This document shows, piece by piece, positions 48,604 through 58,192 of a stretch of 64,000 bases of DNA (its first letter is position 1; each line of letters opens with the position of its first letter). The stretch spans positions 192,001 to 256,000 of the forward strand of contig CAVXWZ010000002.1 of assembly GCA_963765575.1 (NCBI GenBank). The letters are read 5' to 3'. The notes beneath the pieces were generated by a model that made no database searches, was not told the origin of the DNA, and saw only the letters and a program-made list of their open reading frames with translations. The position numbers were made by a program, and so were the translations under genes. The stretch comes from an uncultured cyanobacterium. GTDB taxonomy: Bacteria > Cyanobacteriota > Cyanobacteriia > PCC-6307 > Cyanobiaceae.

Positions 48604-50326
48604 CGGTGACTTTCAGGGAAGGTGTCACTCCTTGGCTGCCACTCAGGCGGCCCGAATTAATGGTAGCGCCAGGATCGGTTCTGGGTCCTCTGGTGGCTTG
48701 TTGATCCACACTTCTTCGGGTTGGCGCCAGCAGCGAGTGGATCGGCTCCAGCGTGTTGGATTGGCCCGGCGGGCCGTCTCGTAGACATCGGCTCGCTGCT
48801 GGCAAATTGCCGTGGCGGTACCGCTGTGACGCTGATGGGGCGTGACGAATTTGATGCCGCTGTGGCGGTGCCGGTGGTTGTACCAGTCCACAAACGCCGC
48901 CACCCACTCGCATGCCTCGTCTTTGCTGGCAAACGGCCGGCTGGGGTAGTCGGGCCGGTACTTGACCGTGCGGAACAGGGCTTCCGAGAAGGGATTGTCG
49001 TTCGAAACCCTGGGCCGCGAGAATGACCGCAGGACACCCAACTCCTCCAGCCGGGCCTCGAGTGTGGCGGCGCGCATGGCATTGCCGTTGTCGGCATGGA
49101 GGATCAGCGGCTGGTGGGTGGACTGGTTGGCGCCGAAACCCCTGGGGCGGCGATAGCGCTCCCTGAGACAGGCCCGCTGCACCAGGACAGCTGCGATGTC
49201 GGCCGACTCCATCTCGGCCACGTCCCAGGCCACCACCTTGCGGCTCCAGACGTCGATCACCAGGTAGAGATACAGCCACACACCCCGCACTGTGGTCGGC
49301 AGATAGGTGATGTCCCACGACCAGACCGCATTGGGGCGATCCGCCATCAGACGCGGCACGGAGCGCGGTTCCTGCGGCAGCCGGGCCCGCCCTCGGCGGT
49401 GGCATTGCCCCGCTTGGTGCAAGACCCGATAAAAGCTGCTCTCCGAACCGATAAACAGGCCCTGATCCGCCAGCGCCGGCACGATCTGCCCGGGCGGCAG
49501 CGAGGCGTACTCCGGCTGGTTGCAGGTGAGCAGGATCCGCTGACGTTCCTCCTCGCTCAGGCGGTGAACGACCAGGCGAGGACTGCCTTTACGGCGGTCC
49601 TTGCCGTCCCCATCACCCAGAAAGGCCTTCCGCCAGCGTTTGAGGGTGCGCAGGCAGATGCCGATCTCACCGCAGGCACTCACCAGGCCGGCGCCCGCAG
49701 CATTCGCCTCGCCGATCAGCTCGATCACCTTCCGCCGGTGCGCGGCGCTGGTCAGCCTTCCTCGTCCTCCGAGCAGAAGGCATCCCACTTTTTTCGCAGC
49801 ACCAGCAATGCCGCCGCCTCCGCCAAGGCCTTCTCCTTGCGCTGCAGCTCCTTCTTGAGAGCCTTGATCTCCCGCTGGTCCTGGGCGCGGAGCCTTTCGA
49901 GCTCCTTCTGCTCTTTCAAGGTCAGCACTGGCTTTTGCGTTGGCATCCTGGGCTGCCTGCCGCCAACGGCTCACCTGCTCAGGAAACAGCCCTCGCTCGC
50001 GGCAGTAGGCGCTGAGCTCGGTGGCATTGAGCCCTGCGGTCTCCAGCACCACCGTGAACTTGTCGGCAGCGCTCCAGCCCTCTGGTTCCTTCTCGGATGC
50101 CGGCACCACCTCTCCCTGCAACCGCCAGGTCTTCCTCCATTTGTAGAGGGTGATCACGTGGATGCCCAGCTCCTCTGAAATCCGGGCCACGCTCTGTCTG
50201 TGCGGCGGGCTCATCCGCCTTCTCACATCAGCCTTGACGGCCTCGCTGTATCCGCGCATTGGTCATGTCCTCAAGCCCCCGGATGGATGGATCAAAGGGG
50301 TGACATCTTTCCTGAACCCGGGGGCG
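48604..50326 (-). mobile_element. IS3-family insertion sequence
   Basis: Inverted repeats 48612-48633 and 50295-50316 match at 19/22; orfA/orfB with an A6G slippery site at 49794-49788. Exact ends uncertain; no target duplication seen. Confidence 0.85.
48643..50259 (-). CDS. IS3-family transposase (OrfA HTH + OrfB DDE integrase core)
   Basis: WSWDITY, IDVWSRKVV, HADNG, SNDNPFSEALFRTVKY, WYNHRHRHS. The true OrfA C-terminus is in ORF 49752..49946. Confidence 0.92.
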   Translation of the reverse strand: MRGYSEAVKADVRRRMSPPHRQSVARISEELGIHVITLYKWRKTWRLQGEVVPASEKEPEGWSAADKFTVVLETAGLNATELSAYCRERGLFPEQVSRWRQAAQDANAKASADLERAEGARKAPRPGPAGDQGSQEGAAAQGEGLGGGGGIAGAAKKVGCLLLGGRGRLTSAAHRRKVIELIGEANAAGAGLVSACGEIGICLRTLKRWRKAFLGDGDGKDRRKGSPRLVVHRLSEEERQRILLTCNQPEYASLPPGQIVPALADQGLFIGSESSFYRVLHQAGQCHRRGRARLPQEPRSVPRLMADRPNAVWSWDITYLPTTVRGVWLYLYLVIDVWSRKVVAWDVAEMESADIAAVLVQRACLRERYRRPRGFGANQSTHQPLILHADNGNAMRAATLEARLEELGVLRSFSRPRVSNDNPFSEALFRTVKYRPDYPSRPFASKDEACEWVAAFVDWYNHRHRHSGIKFVTPHQRHSGTATAICQQRADVYETARRANPTRWSRSTRCWRQPEEVWINKPPEDPEPILALPLIRAA

Positions 50327-50379
50327 GGACCTATCAGCAAAATTGCCCGCCCGGGGTTTTCAGCAAACTCCTGATAGGC

Positions 50380-51470
50380 ACTGTAGGTCAGGCATGAGTG
50401 TGACAGGTTTCCATGATCAGATAGTGGCCTAAGCGTATTTGCAAACATGTCATCTAGGACTTGAGAGGTGACAACCTCAGGCAGATGAGAGCGTCCAGAA
50501 TTGGAAACATTGCCGCCATGAACATATTGAAACCACATTGGAAATAAAGTAATTACATTATCAGACATCAAACTTTTATCGATTCCATTGTGAGGCCTTT
50601 GGAACACCCCTTTCCTGATTCTGCTGTCCTCATGTGCATACTTGGCAAATGGTTCGACGAACAAAGAAGGGGTTCCGATTGTAATAATTTGCCCTTGCTC
50701 GCGCTTGAAAAATCTCGAGCCCAAACGGAAAGTTGATTGCAATTGAGTTTGATCTGAGCGCCTCAGGGCTAAAGTCATGCAAGTAATCGCTAACGGCCTG
50801 AACAAAGCCTACATTATTCGCCCATCATAGAATCAAGCCTTGTGGTGACTATGTGCTCTCCAGGGGCACAAGCCGCTTGCCACTTATTTTCAAAGCCTCC
50901 TCAAAGCCTAATAGTCCTTTTGAGGCGCTGATCTAAAAAAACAGGTATGATATTGGGATAGCCGCTAATTACTTCAAGCAACTTTTCGATTTCGTGATCT
51001 ACAATAGTATCGAAGAAGATCAAAGCTCTAAAGTCCTTATAGGTTTGCTTGTAAATAGAAGGAAGAGTAACGGACTTGAAGATGTTGGCGCGATTCTTGA
51101 TCCAGTGGATATAGCGGCGGTCGTCAAGTATTCCCACTGATGATCGCTTTTGGTGATCGTAGAGATTGAACCGAATGCATAAAAAAGTGCTTGAATTTGT
51201 GGGTCGATCTTCTTGCGGAGATAGGTCGCTTTAAGGCTGCAAATTTTAAATCATATCTATAAACGTGGTCCTGTAAGATATTTCTTCTCAAAAGTTCACT
51301 AATGTTGGGTTTGTTAATGGGCTGGTCAAAGGGATTCATAGTACCAAGACCTTGGCTGCAGAAGGAATAAGGCTCTTGTGGTGCATCGTCTATCATGAAA
51401 TGCTCAAGAGCTGCTGCAGGCAATCCTAAAACCAAACGTCACCATCACCAAGGATATGATGACACCCAAT
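50380..51470 (-). pseudogene. Fragmented putative rhamnosyltransferase-family gene, bounded by IS sequences
   Basis: WIKNRANIFKSVTLPSIYKQTYKDF (ORF 50901), IVTTRLDS near 50850, PMWFQYVHGGNVSN (ORF 50263); split over several frames. Confidence 0.55.
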
Positions 51471-51477
51471 CCTTTTA

Positions 51478-51683
51478 GGGAGACCCTGGAAAACCCAGGC
51501 TGATCACGGTACAATAGAGCTGTGACCGAAGTCCAGGACTGGGTTGATGGGCGGCAAACAGCTTGGATTCGGCGATTACGAGCAAAACCACAGTCAAGAA
51601 GAGCGCCAAGCGTGAGAAGTTTCTGGCCGATATGGAGCAGGTGGTGCCTTGGCAGGTAGGCCACGTCCCTTTCGAGGGATAAA
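51478..51683 (+). mobile_element. IS5-family remnant (left end plus truncated transposase N-terminus)
   Basis: End-like gagaccctggaaaaccc. From ATG 51547 it reads MGGKQLGFGDYEQ, then in the +1 frame TTVKKSAKREKFLADMEQVVPWQ, followed by an early stop. Confidence 0.75.
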
Positions 51684-51828
51684 TCGTGGGCCCGTCTGCC
51701 CTGATTCAAGAGTGAACAGAGGTGAATGACGGGCGGCCATTCGCGAGGTGTATGTGCGCCTCGTTTTTTCAGTAATGAATCCGGACGACTGACTTTTCAA
51801 GTCTTTTGTCGGGGCAATCGATTGGTTG

Positions 51829-52860
51829 TCTTGATTAGGTAGCAAGCTCCGCCCGCCTGAGCAGGTGCTCCGGCTGGGCTGTGCAGAGGCAGGCAGCATG
51901 CAGTACACGTTCAGTCATCGCTGCCAGATCGAAACGTCGATTAAAACGGTAGCTGAAGGCACCCAGGTAGCGATCCGAGTACTTATCAAAACGAAGGGCA
52001 TGGAACGTGCCGTTAAAGCTGGTCTTCAGATTGCTGAGCACCGTGTTGATCCAGCGAAACTCGGGCAACTCATTGGGATGTCTCCCCTTCACGATGACCG
52101 GCTGATGCACGCAGCCGACTTCAGCCACAGCACGGAAGCAGGCCAGGCCGTCAGAAATCACTTCACACCCTTTGGCCAGGGCAACCTGGGTCCAGTCCGC
52201 AATGGCTGCGAAGGAAAACGTCCGGACCGTTGCAAGCTTCACATGAACGGGGTGCCCGGCATCATCAATGGAGACTGCTGCCACGATCGGAACCTTGTTC
52301 TCTGATCCCCGACCAGCCTTGCCACCATTGCGTTCTCCTCCAAGGTAGGCATCATCGATCTGCACCTTTCCCCGCAGCAGATAGGCCTCCTCACGCTCAC
52401 ACATGGCCTGCATGATTTTGTTGTGGACCAGCCACGCTGTTCGGTAGTTCACGCCAAGTTGCCTCATCAGGGCCAGCGAGGAAATGCCAGTCTTGGCCTG
52501 TCCGATTAAATAGAAAGCAAGGAACCAGGTTGTCAGTGGCAGCTTGGTGGCCTCCATGATTGTGCCAGCGGTGAGGGTCGTTTGATGGCGGCAATGCCGA
52601 CACTGGTACCGCTTGAGACGGCGGCCATAGACCAAACCATGCTCCTTCTCTCCGCAGCGGGGACAGATGAAACCTTCGGGCCAACGAGCCTGCTCAAGAG
52701 CGGCCTCGCACTTCTCCTCGGTGCCATAGAGCTCCATGAACTGGGGCAACGACATCCCTGGCTGGAACTGGACGCGGTTGGCAGACATGATTGAGAGTGG
52801 TATTTACGTACTACTGTAGCGACCGCCTGGGGCTCCGCGGAGCCTTCTGCCTAATCAAGA
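51829..52860 (-). mobile_element. IS1595-family insertion sequence
   Basis: Terminal inverted repeats tcttgattaggtagcaagctccgc (51829) and gcggagccttctgcctaatcaaga (52837-52860) match at 21/24. Confidence 0.88.
51835..52788 (-). CDS. IS1595-family transposase
   Basis: Zn ribbon RWPEGFICPRC..YQCRHC, TAGTI, QIDDAYLGG, ISDG, YRFNRR. Confidence 0.92.
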   Translation of the reverse strand: MSANRVQFQPGMSLPQFMELYGTEEKCEAALEQARWPEGFICPRCGEKEHGLVYGRRLKRYQCRHCRHQTTLTAGTIMEATKLPLTTWFLAFYLIGQAKTGISSLALMRQLGVNYRTAWLVHNKIMQAMCEREEAYLLRGKVQIDDAYLGGERNGGKAGRGSENKVPIVAAVSIDDAGHPVHVKLATVRTFSFAAIADWTQVALAKGCEVISDGLACFRAVAEVGCVHQPVIVKGRHPNELPEFRWINTVLSNLKTSFNGTFHALRFDKYSDRYLGAFSYRFNRRFDLAAMTERVLHAACLCTAQPEHLLRRAELAT

Positions 52861-52940
52861 GAACAGATGACATTCTTGCTGGCGAAGAACTCACGGTCAC
52901 CATAGAAAGAGCATTTCTTGTTTGTCTATTCCAATAGTAT

Positions 52941-55061
52941 TTAAGGACTATCTAGAAGCTGCCCAAGGCCTGCCCTGAGGCCAATGAGATAGCTCCTATA
53001 GTTTTTAATAAAACGCTTAAGGACTCTTAATTGAATTGCTTTTTCTCTGTTGTCATTCAAAAATTTTCTCATGTAGCTACGACCTGCAAGTGCAATGGCT
53101 TCTGCGTCAAGAGGGTTAGCGCGTAAAAAGGAAAGTCGCTGAATAAGATCGCTTAAATCAGGATTAACAGGAACGAAGTGAACCCATGGCTTGAGATCAA
53201 ATTCTAATAGCCAAGACTCTGTTGTTGGTGCCGGCATTAAGGGTACACACTGCGAGGCCAAGACTGCTTTTAGGCCAGTGGAAACATCATTTCCTTCAAG
53301 AACAAGCTGATAGCGGCAATCAAGGATATCCTGGAGTGGCGTAGTTTCCTTTTTGCAGTCATCAAAGTCGCTCTCATGAAAACCTTGCGAACCCGCCGAA
53401 AGCCTAGTAGTAATTTTATTAAATCCCATGTCAACCCCAAGCGCCTCTAGCCGCTGGCCTGCATTTGTCTTCAAGAAATGATATAGTAGACATCTAGGGG
53501 AAAGACGTTTTATGTCGCAATCATTCGCTGGATATTTAAGCCAAGACTTTCCAGTCGTAGCGCCACGGAATAATAAAATATCTTTTTTCAACTGGAATGG
53601 GTTCTCATCTCTACATGCTTTTAATGTTTTTTCCCAGTGGCGTCTTTCCGAAAGCTTCATGAGAGTGATATTATCAGACCTGCTTCTTCGGGTCTTCGCA
53701 ATAACCGGTCGATCCCATTCTGAAGTGTTGTCATGTGTCACAACTGGAACGTACAAGCCCGACTTGAGCGCTCTAAGTAGCTTACTGACTGGATATACAT
53801 AGTCAAAGAATCCACTTTGCTCCCATCCGCTATCTATTTCATAACCGGGAATTGTCTTTACGTGAAAGTTCTTGAATCTCAAGTATGCCTTCTGTCTATC
53901 TTCGCATCCGAATACGCGCATTGCGTATCGGATGGCTGCACCAGATGAATGCATTGAGGTATTAATCTCAAAAGAGAAAGTGTTGTCGAGCCTGGAGATT
54001 GGTATATAGACGTGAATGCGACTTTTACTTGTAGATATAGGTTTGCTAGCTAGTTGCATGCCTTCAATGGAATCTTTTTTTTCTAGTAAAGATGCACCTT
54101 GATTGCTAGTACAATAAAGATGTCTGCCAATCAGATCCCACAAAGGGAGGTCGTGGTTGAGAAGACATGTCTTTATATATGAAATATCTAAATTGCCAAG
54201 CCTCTCGACATCTAGATACTTGATAGACTGATTCACCCTAGACGACGCTGGCTTCTCCAAACCTAAGCTCGCATAGACAAGCTCCAGTTGATTAATTGGA
54301 ACCAGCCTGCATTCCGCGGGAGAATAGATATGTGAAAGAAAATTTTCTGGCGAAGCGAGCAAGGATTCTGGCAATAAAAATTTTGAGATAAGGTTTGAAT
54401 AGCTTTTGCGGAAGTACCTACTATGCAACACTAATCTAGCGTGGTCATGAGTAAACTTTTCCTTTTTTTTCACTAAGTCTAAGCCTTCTTGAGAAAAGCG
54501 CTCTATCCAATTTTTGGAGTCGGGACGACCAGGATAATTGTCGATACAAGTTAATATATAGTTTACGTGGCTCTGAATGATTTCGGTTGGTCCTCGTAAA
54601 GTCGTAAACAGTATCTTTGCTTTTTGATCAAGACCCGATCGGCGAAAAAGATATAGTGGAATATGACCATGTATAAATAGTGACTTGACAGATAAAACTT
54701 TTTCAGCAAGATCGATTTTGTCATTGACTCTCTGCCACTTTGACACCCAAAACTGTGCCTGCCTAACAAAGCTGTAGGTCAAGCAAGTACCTTTGTGAAG
54801 TGACCGAAAGTCTTCCACAATCTTTGTTCCTGCACATTTTGGGATATGACAGAACAAATAAAGCTCCGCATCACGGCGCCTCGCTCCCGCATCAATCAGA
54901 TAAAGCTCTAACCAAGCAGACTGTAAGGCCTCTACAATATAGGATTGTGCATTTGTCGTAGCATCTTCAGGTCTTTTACTAGGTCTTCCCCATTTGGAGC
55001 TCATCGAAAGGCTTGCTGTCGTGATAGCTTTGTATATAACTTCTACCTGCAAACGAGACAT
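52941..55061 (-). CDS. Sulfotransferase-like domain fused to glycosyltransferase family 90 (CAP10-like) domain
   Basis: N-terminal HIPKCAGT, IHGHIP, TTLRGP. C-terminal FRGATTG, YQLVLEGNDVSTGLK, LKPWVHFVPV, AEAIA. The true start may lie further upstream. Confidence 0.72.
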   Translation of the reverse strand: MSRLQVEVIYKAITTASLSMSSKWGRPSKRPEDATTNAQSYIVEALQSAWLELYLIDAGARRRDAELYLFCHIPKCAGTKIVEDFRSLHKGTCLTYSFVRQAQFWVSKWQRVNDKIDLAEKVLSVKSLFIHGHIPLYLFRRSGLDQKAKILFTTLRGPTEIIQSHVNYILTCIDNYPGRPDSKNWIERFSQEGLDLVKKKEKFTHDHARLVLHSRYFRKSYSNLISKFLLPESLLASPENFLSHIYSPAECRLVPINQLELVYASLGLEKPASSRVNQSIKYLDVERLGNLDISYIKTCLLNHDLPLWDLIGRHLYCTSNQGASLLEKKDSIEGMQLASKPISTSKSRIHVYIPISRLDNTFSFEINTSMHSSGAAIRYAMRVFGCEDRQKAYLRFKNFHVKTIPGYEIDSGWEQSGFFDYVYPVSKLLRALKSGLYVPVVTHDNTSEWDRPVIAKTRRSRSDNITLMKLSERRHWEKTLKACRDENPFQLKKDILLFRGATTGKSWLKYPANDCDIKRLSPRCLLYHFLKTNAGQRLEALGVDMGFNKITTRLSAGSQGFHESDFDDCKKETTPLQDILDCRYQLVLEGNDVSTGLKAVLASQCVPLMPAPTTESWLLEFDLKPWVHFVPVNPDLSDLIQRLSFLRANPLDAEAIALAGRSYMRKFLNDNREKAIQLRVLKRFIKNYRSYLIGLRAGLGQLLDSP

Positions 55062-55432
55062 GTTCGAAATATAATCATTCAGGCGCTCGTCGCCTGGCCC
55101 ACTGAGTTTTGGTAATTCTCTAAGAAGTTGAGTAATCCTCTCTAGAGGGGATTCTTGGCCAAATATCTACCACTGGGAAAGACCGCTTTTGATTATTTTC
55201 CGACCCTAGCATGGAGCCAAATGTAGCATGAGCAAGGTGTCTGCATCACTACGCGGCCTTGCGAAGGATGGATGTTGGGTTGCGATTTCAATGCAAGTTT
55301 ATTCGACGTGCCCTGACCATACTTAGGCTCCATGCGTGCGTCTCCGACTAGATTGCTAGTCGCACCTTACCACTTTCCGGCTATTGCCTCAGGGGGGACA
55401 GGCTTTGAGCAAGGCACTATTCAGCATAAAAG

Positions 55433-56606
55433 ATGAAAACTAGTCGAAGAAGGGAGCTAAACGCTCTCGAGACAGGTCAGGCTCCAATCGGCTTTAGATC
55501 GAGTGGGAAGACACTCTATCGGAATTCATTTCAAACAAAGGCTCGCTATCTTCTCGACCTCGCCAGCAACGACTACCTCGGCCTCAGCCGCCACCCCGAC
55601 GGTGGTCGCCGCCGCCCAGGCCGCCGCGGCCCGTGATGGGGTGGGCGCCGGCGGCTCCCGCCTGGTCACCGGCACCCGGCCGGTGCACATGGAGCTGGAG
55701 GCCGAGCTGGCGGCCTGGCTGGGGCGCGATCGGGCGCTGCTGTTCCCCAGCGGCTTCCAGGCCAACCTGGCGGCGGTGCTGGCCCTGGCCGACCGCCACA
55801 GCCTGGTGATCGCCGACCGGCTGATCCACCACTCCCTGCTCACCGGCGTGGCCGCCAGCGGCGCCCGGCTGCGGCGCTTCGCCCACAACGACCTGGCCCA
55901 GCTCGAGCGCCGGCTCAGCGAAGCCCGCCGCAGCAAGCCCGAGCAGCGCCTGCTGGTGCTGAGCGAGAGCCTGTTCTCCATGCAGGGCACCAGCCCCGAC
56001 GTGCCGGCCCTGGCCGCCCTCTGCGAGCGCTTCGGGGCGGCGCTGCTGCTGGATGAGGCCCATGCCCTGGGGGTGCTGGGTCCGGGCGGCCGCGGGACTG
56101 GGCCACGGCATCGGCTCGATCGCCCTGATCAGCGGCACCTTCGGCAAGGCCTTCGGCAGCGGCGGCGCCTTCCTGGCCGGCGGCGAGCTGGTGATGGAGT
56201 GGCTGCTGCAGAGCAGCGGCGCCTTCCGCTACACCACCGCCCTGGCGCCGCCCCTGGCCGCCGGGGCCCTGGCTTCCCTGCAGCTGATCCAGCGCCGCCA
56301 GCTGAGCCGCTGGCGGCCGGCCAACCGCCAGCCGATCTGCTGGACCGGGCCCGGCGCTGGCGCGATGGCCTCGAGGCCGCCGGCTGGCCCCGGCCCCCCG
56401 GCGAGGGGCCGATCCTGCCGCTGCTGGTGGGCAGCGATGAGCGCGCCCTGGCGCTGCAACAGCAGCTGGAGTCCGCCGGCCTGCTGGCGGTGGCGATCCG
56501 CCCCCCCACCGTGCCCGAAGGCACCGCCCGGCTGCGGCTGGTGCTGCGGGCCGACCTGCCGTCCGGCACCCTGGAGCGGCTGCTGGTCGCTCTCGGGCCA
56601 CCATGA
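55433..56606 (+). CDS. bioF: 8-amino-7-oxononanoate synthase (frameshifts near 55600, 56095, 56290)
   Basis: LDLASNDYLGLSRHP, GAGGSRLVTG, SGFQAN, FAHND, LDEAHALG, GTFGKAFG (PLP Lys), IRPPTVPEGTARLR across frames. Confidence 0.9.
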
Positions 56607-56644
56607 GCCGGTGCCCACCGGAAGCCACCGTGAGCCGCCTTGGC

Positions 56645-56677
56645 GCCCCCATGACGCCCCCATGACCAGCCCATGAC
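56645..56677. repeat. 11-bp tandem repeat gcccccatgac x2 plus cagcccatgac at the esterase start
   Basis: Read directly; it places ATGs at 56651, 56662 and 56673. Confidence 0.75.
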
Positions 56678-57359
56678 CACCCAGCTGATCGCCATGCACG
56701 GCTGGGCGGGTGACAGCCGCGGCTGGGACCCCTTCGCCGCCGCCGCCCGTCGCCAGGGCTGGCTGTGGCAGGCGCCGGACCGGGGCTACGGACCCTGTGC
56801 ACCCGCAGCGGCGCAGTGGCAGCCCCAGGCCCGTCGCCGCGTGCTGATCGCCCATTCCCTCGGGCCCCAGCTGGTGGGCGATGGGGTGCTGGCGCAGGCC
56901 GATGCCGTGGTGCTGCTGGCCAGTTTCGGGCGCTTCGTGCCGCCAGGCCCCGAGGGGCGCCGGCTGGCCGCGGCCCTGGCGGGCATGGCCGAAGCCCTGC
57001 GCGGCCCCCAGCCCGAAGCCATGCTGCAGGCCTTTCTGGCCGAGGCCGCCGCACCCGAGCCCCTCAACCAGCTGCCGGTGACGATCGCCGACGGGCCCCT
57101 GCCAGCGGCGGGCCGCGAGCGGCTGCTGGCGGATCTGGCGCTGCTGGCGGCCACCAGCGCCCTGCCGCCAGCCCTGCCCGCGGCGATCCCCTGCCTGATC
57201 GTGGAGGCCGGCGCCGACCGCATCGTGGGGCCCGAGGCCCAGACCCTGCTGAAGCGGGAGCGGCCCACCGCCGACCTGATTCACTACCCCCAGGCCGGCC
57301 ACTGCCTGCTGGGCACGCCGGTGGTGTCGGAGCTGATGGCGTGGATCTCCAACCTCTGA
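56673..57359 (+). CDS. Pimeloyl-ACP methyl ester esterase (BioH/BioK-type alpha/beta hydrolase)
   Basis: MHGWAGD, AHSLG nucleophile elbow, DRIV, AGHCL; lies between bioF and bioC. Confidence 0.78.
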   Translation: MTTQLIAMHGWAGDSRGWDPFAAAARRQGWLWQAPDRGYGPCAPAAAQWQPQARRRVLIAHSLGPQLVGDGVLAQADAVVLLASFGRFVPPGPEGRRLAAALAGMAEALRGPQPEAMLQAFLAEAAAPEPLNQLPVTIADGPLPAAGRERLLADLALLAATSALPPALPAAIPCLIVEAGADRIVGPEAQTLLKRERPTADLIHYPQAGHCLLGTPVVSELMAWISNL

Positions 57360-58192
57360 TCAGCCCACCAGCCGCCCCCCAACCCAGGGGACCCTTCAGC
57401 GGCCGGGTGCGCCGTGCCTTCGCCGGCCAGGCGGCGGCCTACGAGCGCCACGCCGTCCTGCAGCGGGCCGTCGCCTGGCGGCTGGCCCATCACTGCCGCG
57501 CCCTGGCCCTGCCAGCCGGCCCCAGCGCCGACCTGGGGGCCGGCAGCGGCCTGGTGGGACAGGCGCTGCGTCAGCAACGCGCAGGCTCCCACCTTCACGC
57601 GGACGGTGAGTTCCAGGCTTGGCAAGAGCCAGAACTGCTCCAGCTCGACCACTGCCCCGAGCTGCTGGCCCGCAATCCCCTCGCCAGCACCACCGCCGCA
57701 AGGTGCTGGGACCTGGAGCAGGGCCTGCCGGGCGAGCTCAGCGGTGCCGCCCTGCTCACCTCCAGCTTCGCCCTGCAGTGGCTGAGCCAGCCGGCCGCCC
57801 AGCTGGAGCACTGGTGCAAGCGCCTGGCCCCCGGGGGTTGGCTGGTGCTGGCGGTGCCCACCGCCGCCAGCTTTCCGCAGTGGCACCGGGCCGCCGCCCA
57901 GGCCGGGGTGCCGTTCACCGGCCTGGAGCTGCCTGAGGCGCCAGATCTGGAGGCGGTGGCCGATCGCGAACTGGTGGTGCGGCGGCTGCAGAGGCTGCGC
58001 TTCAGCCGCCCTGCCGATGGCCGGCATTTCCTGCGAGAGCTTCGGGCGATCGGCGCCGGCAGCAGTCGCCATCCGCCCCTCAGCGCCCCACAACTGCGCC
58101 AGCTGCTGCAACACTGGCCCAGGAGCGGGGTGATCACGTGGGAGGTGCTGCTGCTGATCGGCCAGCGACCTGGCCGCCACCAACCGCTCTGA
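57341..58192 (+). CDS. bioC: Malonyl-ACP O-methyltransferase
   Basis: AF..QAAAYERHAVLQ, ADLGAGSG, SSFALQW; operon context. Start is approximate. Confidence 0.8.
   Translation: MDLQPLISPPAAPQPRGPFSGRVRRAFAGQAAAYERHAVLQRAVAWRLAHHCRALALPAGPSADLGAGSGLVGQALRQQRAGSHLHADGEFQAWQEPELLQLDHCPELLARNPLASTTAARCWDLEQGLPGELSGAALLTSSFALQWLSQPAAQLEHWCKRLAPGGWLVLAVPTAASFPQWHRAAAQAGVPFTGLELPEAPDLEAVADRELVVRRLQRLRFSRPADGRHFLRELRAIGAGSSRHPPLSAPQLRQLLQHWPRSGVITWEVLLLIGQRPGRHQPL

Larger units (their letters stand above)
44553..55552. other. AT-richer horizontally acquired glycosylation island (~11 kb)
   Basis: Abrupt visible change from very GC-rich to mixed/AT-rich sequence at both ends; contains GTs, sulfotransferases and IS elements. 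Boundaries were judged by eye. Confidence 0.8.
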
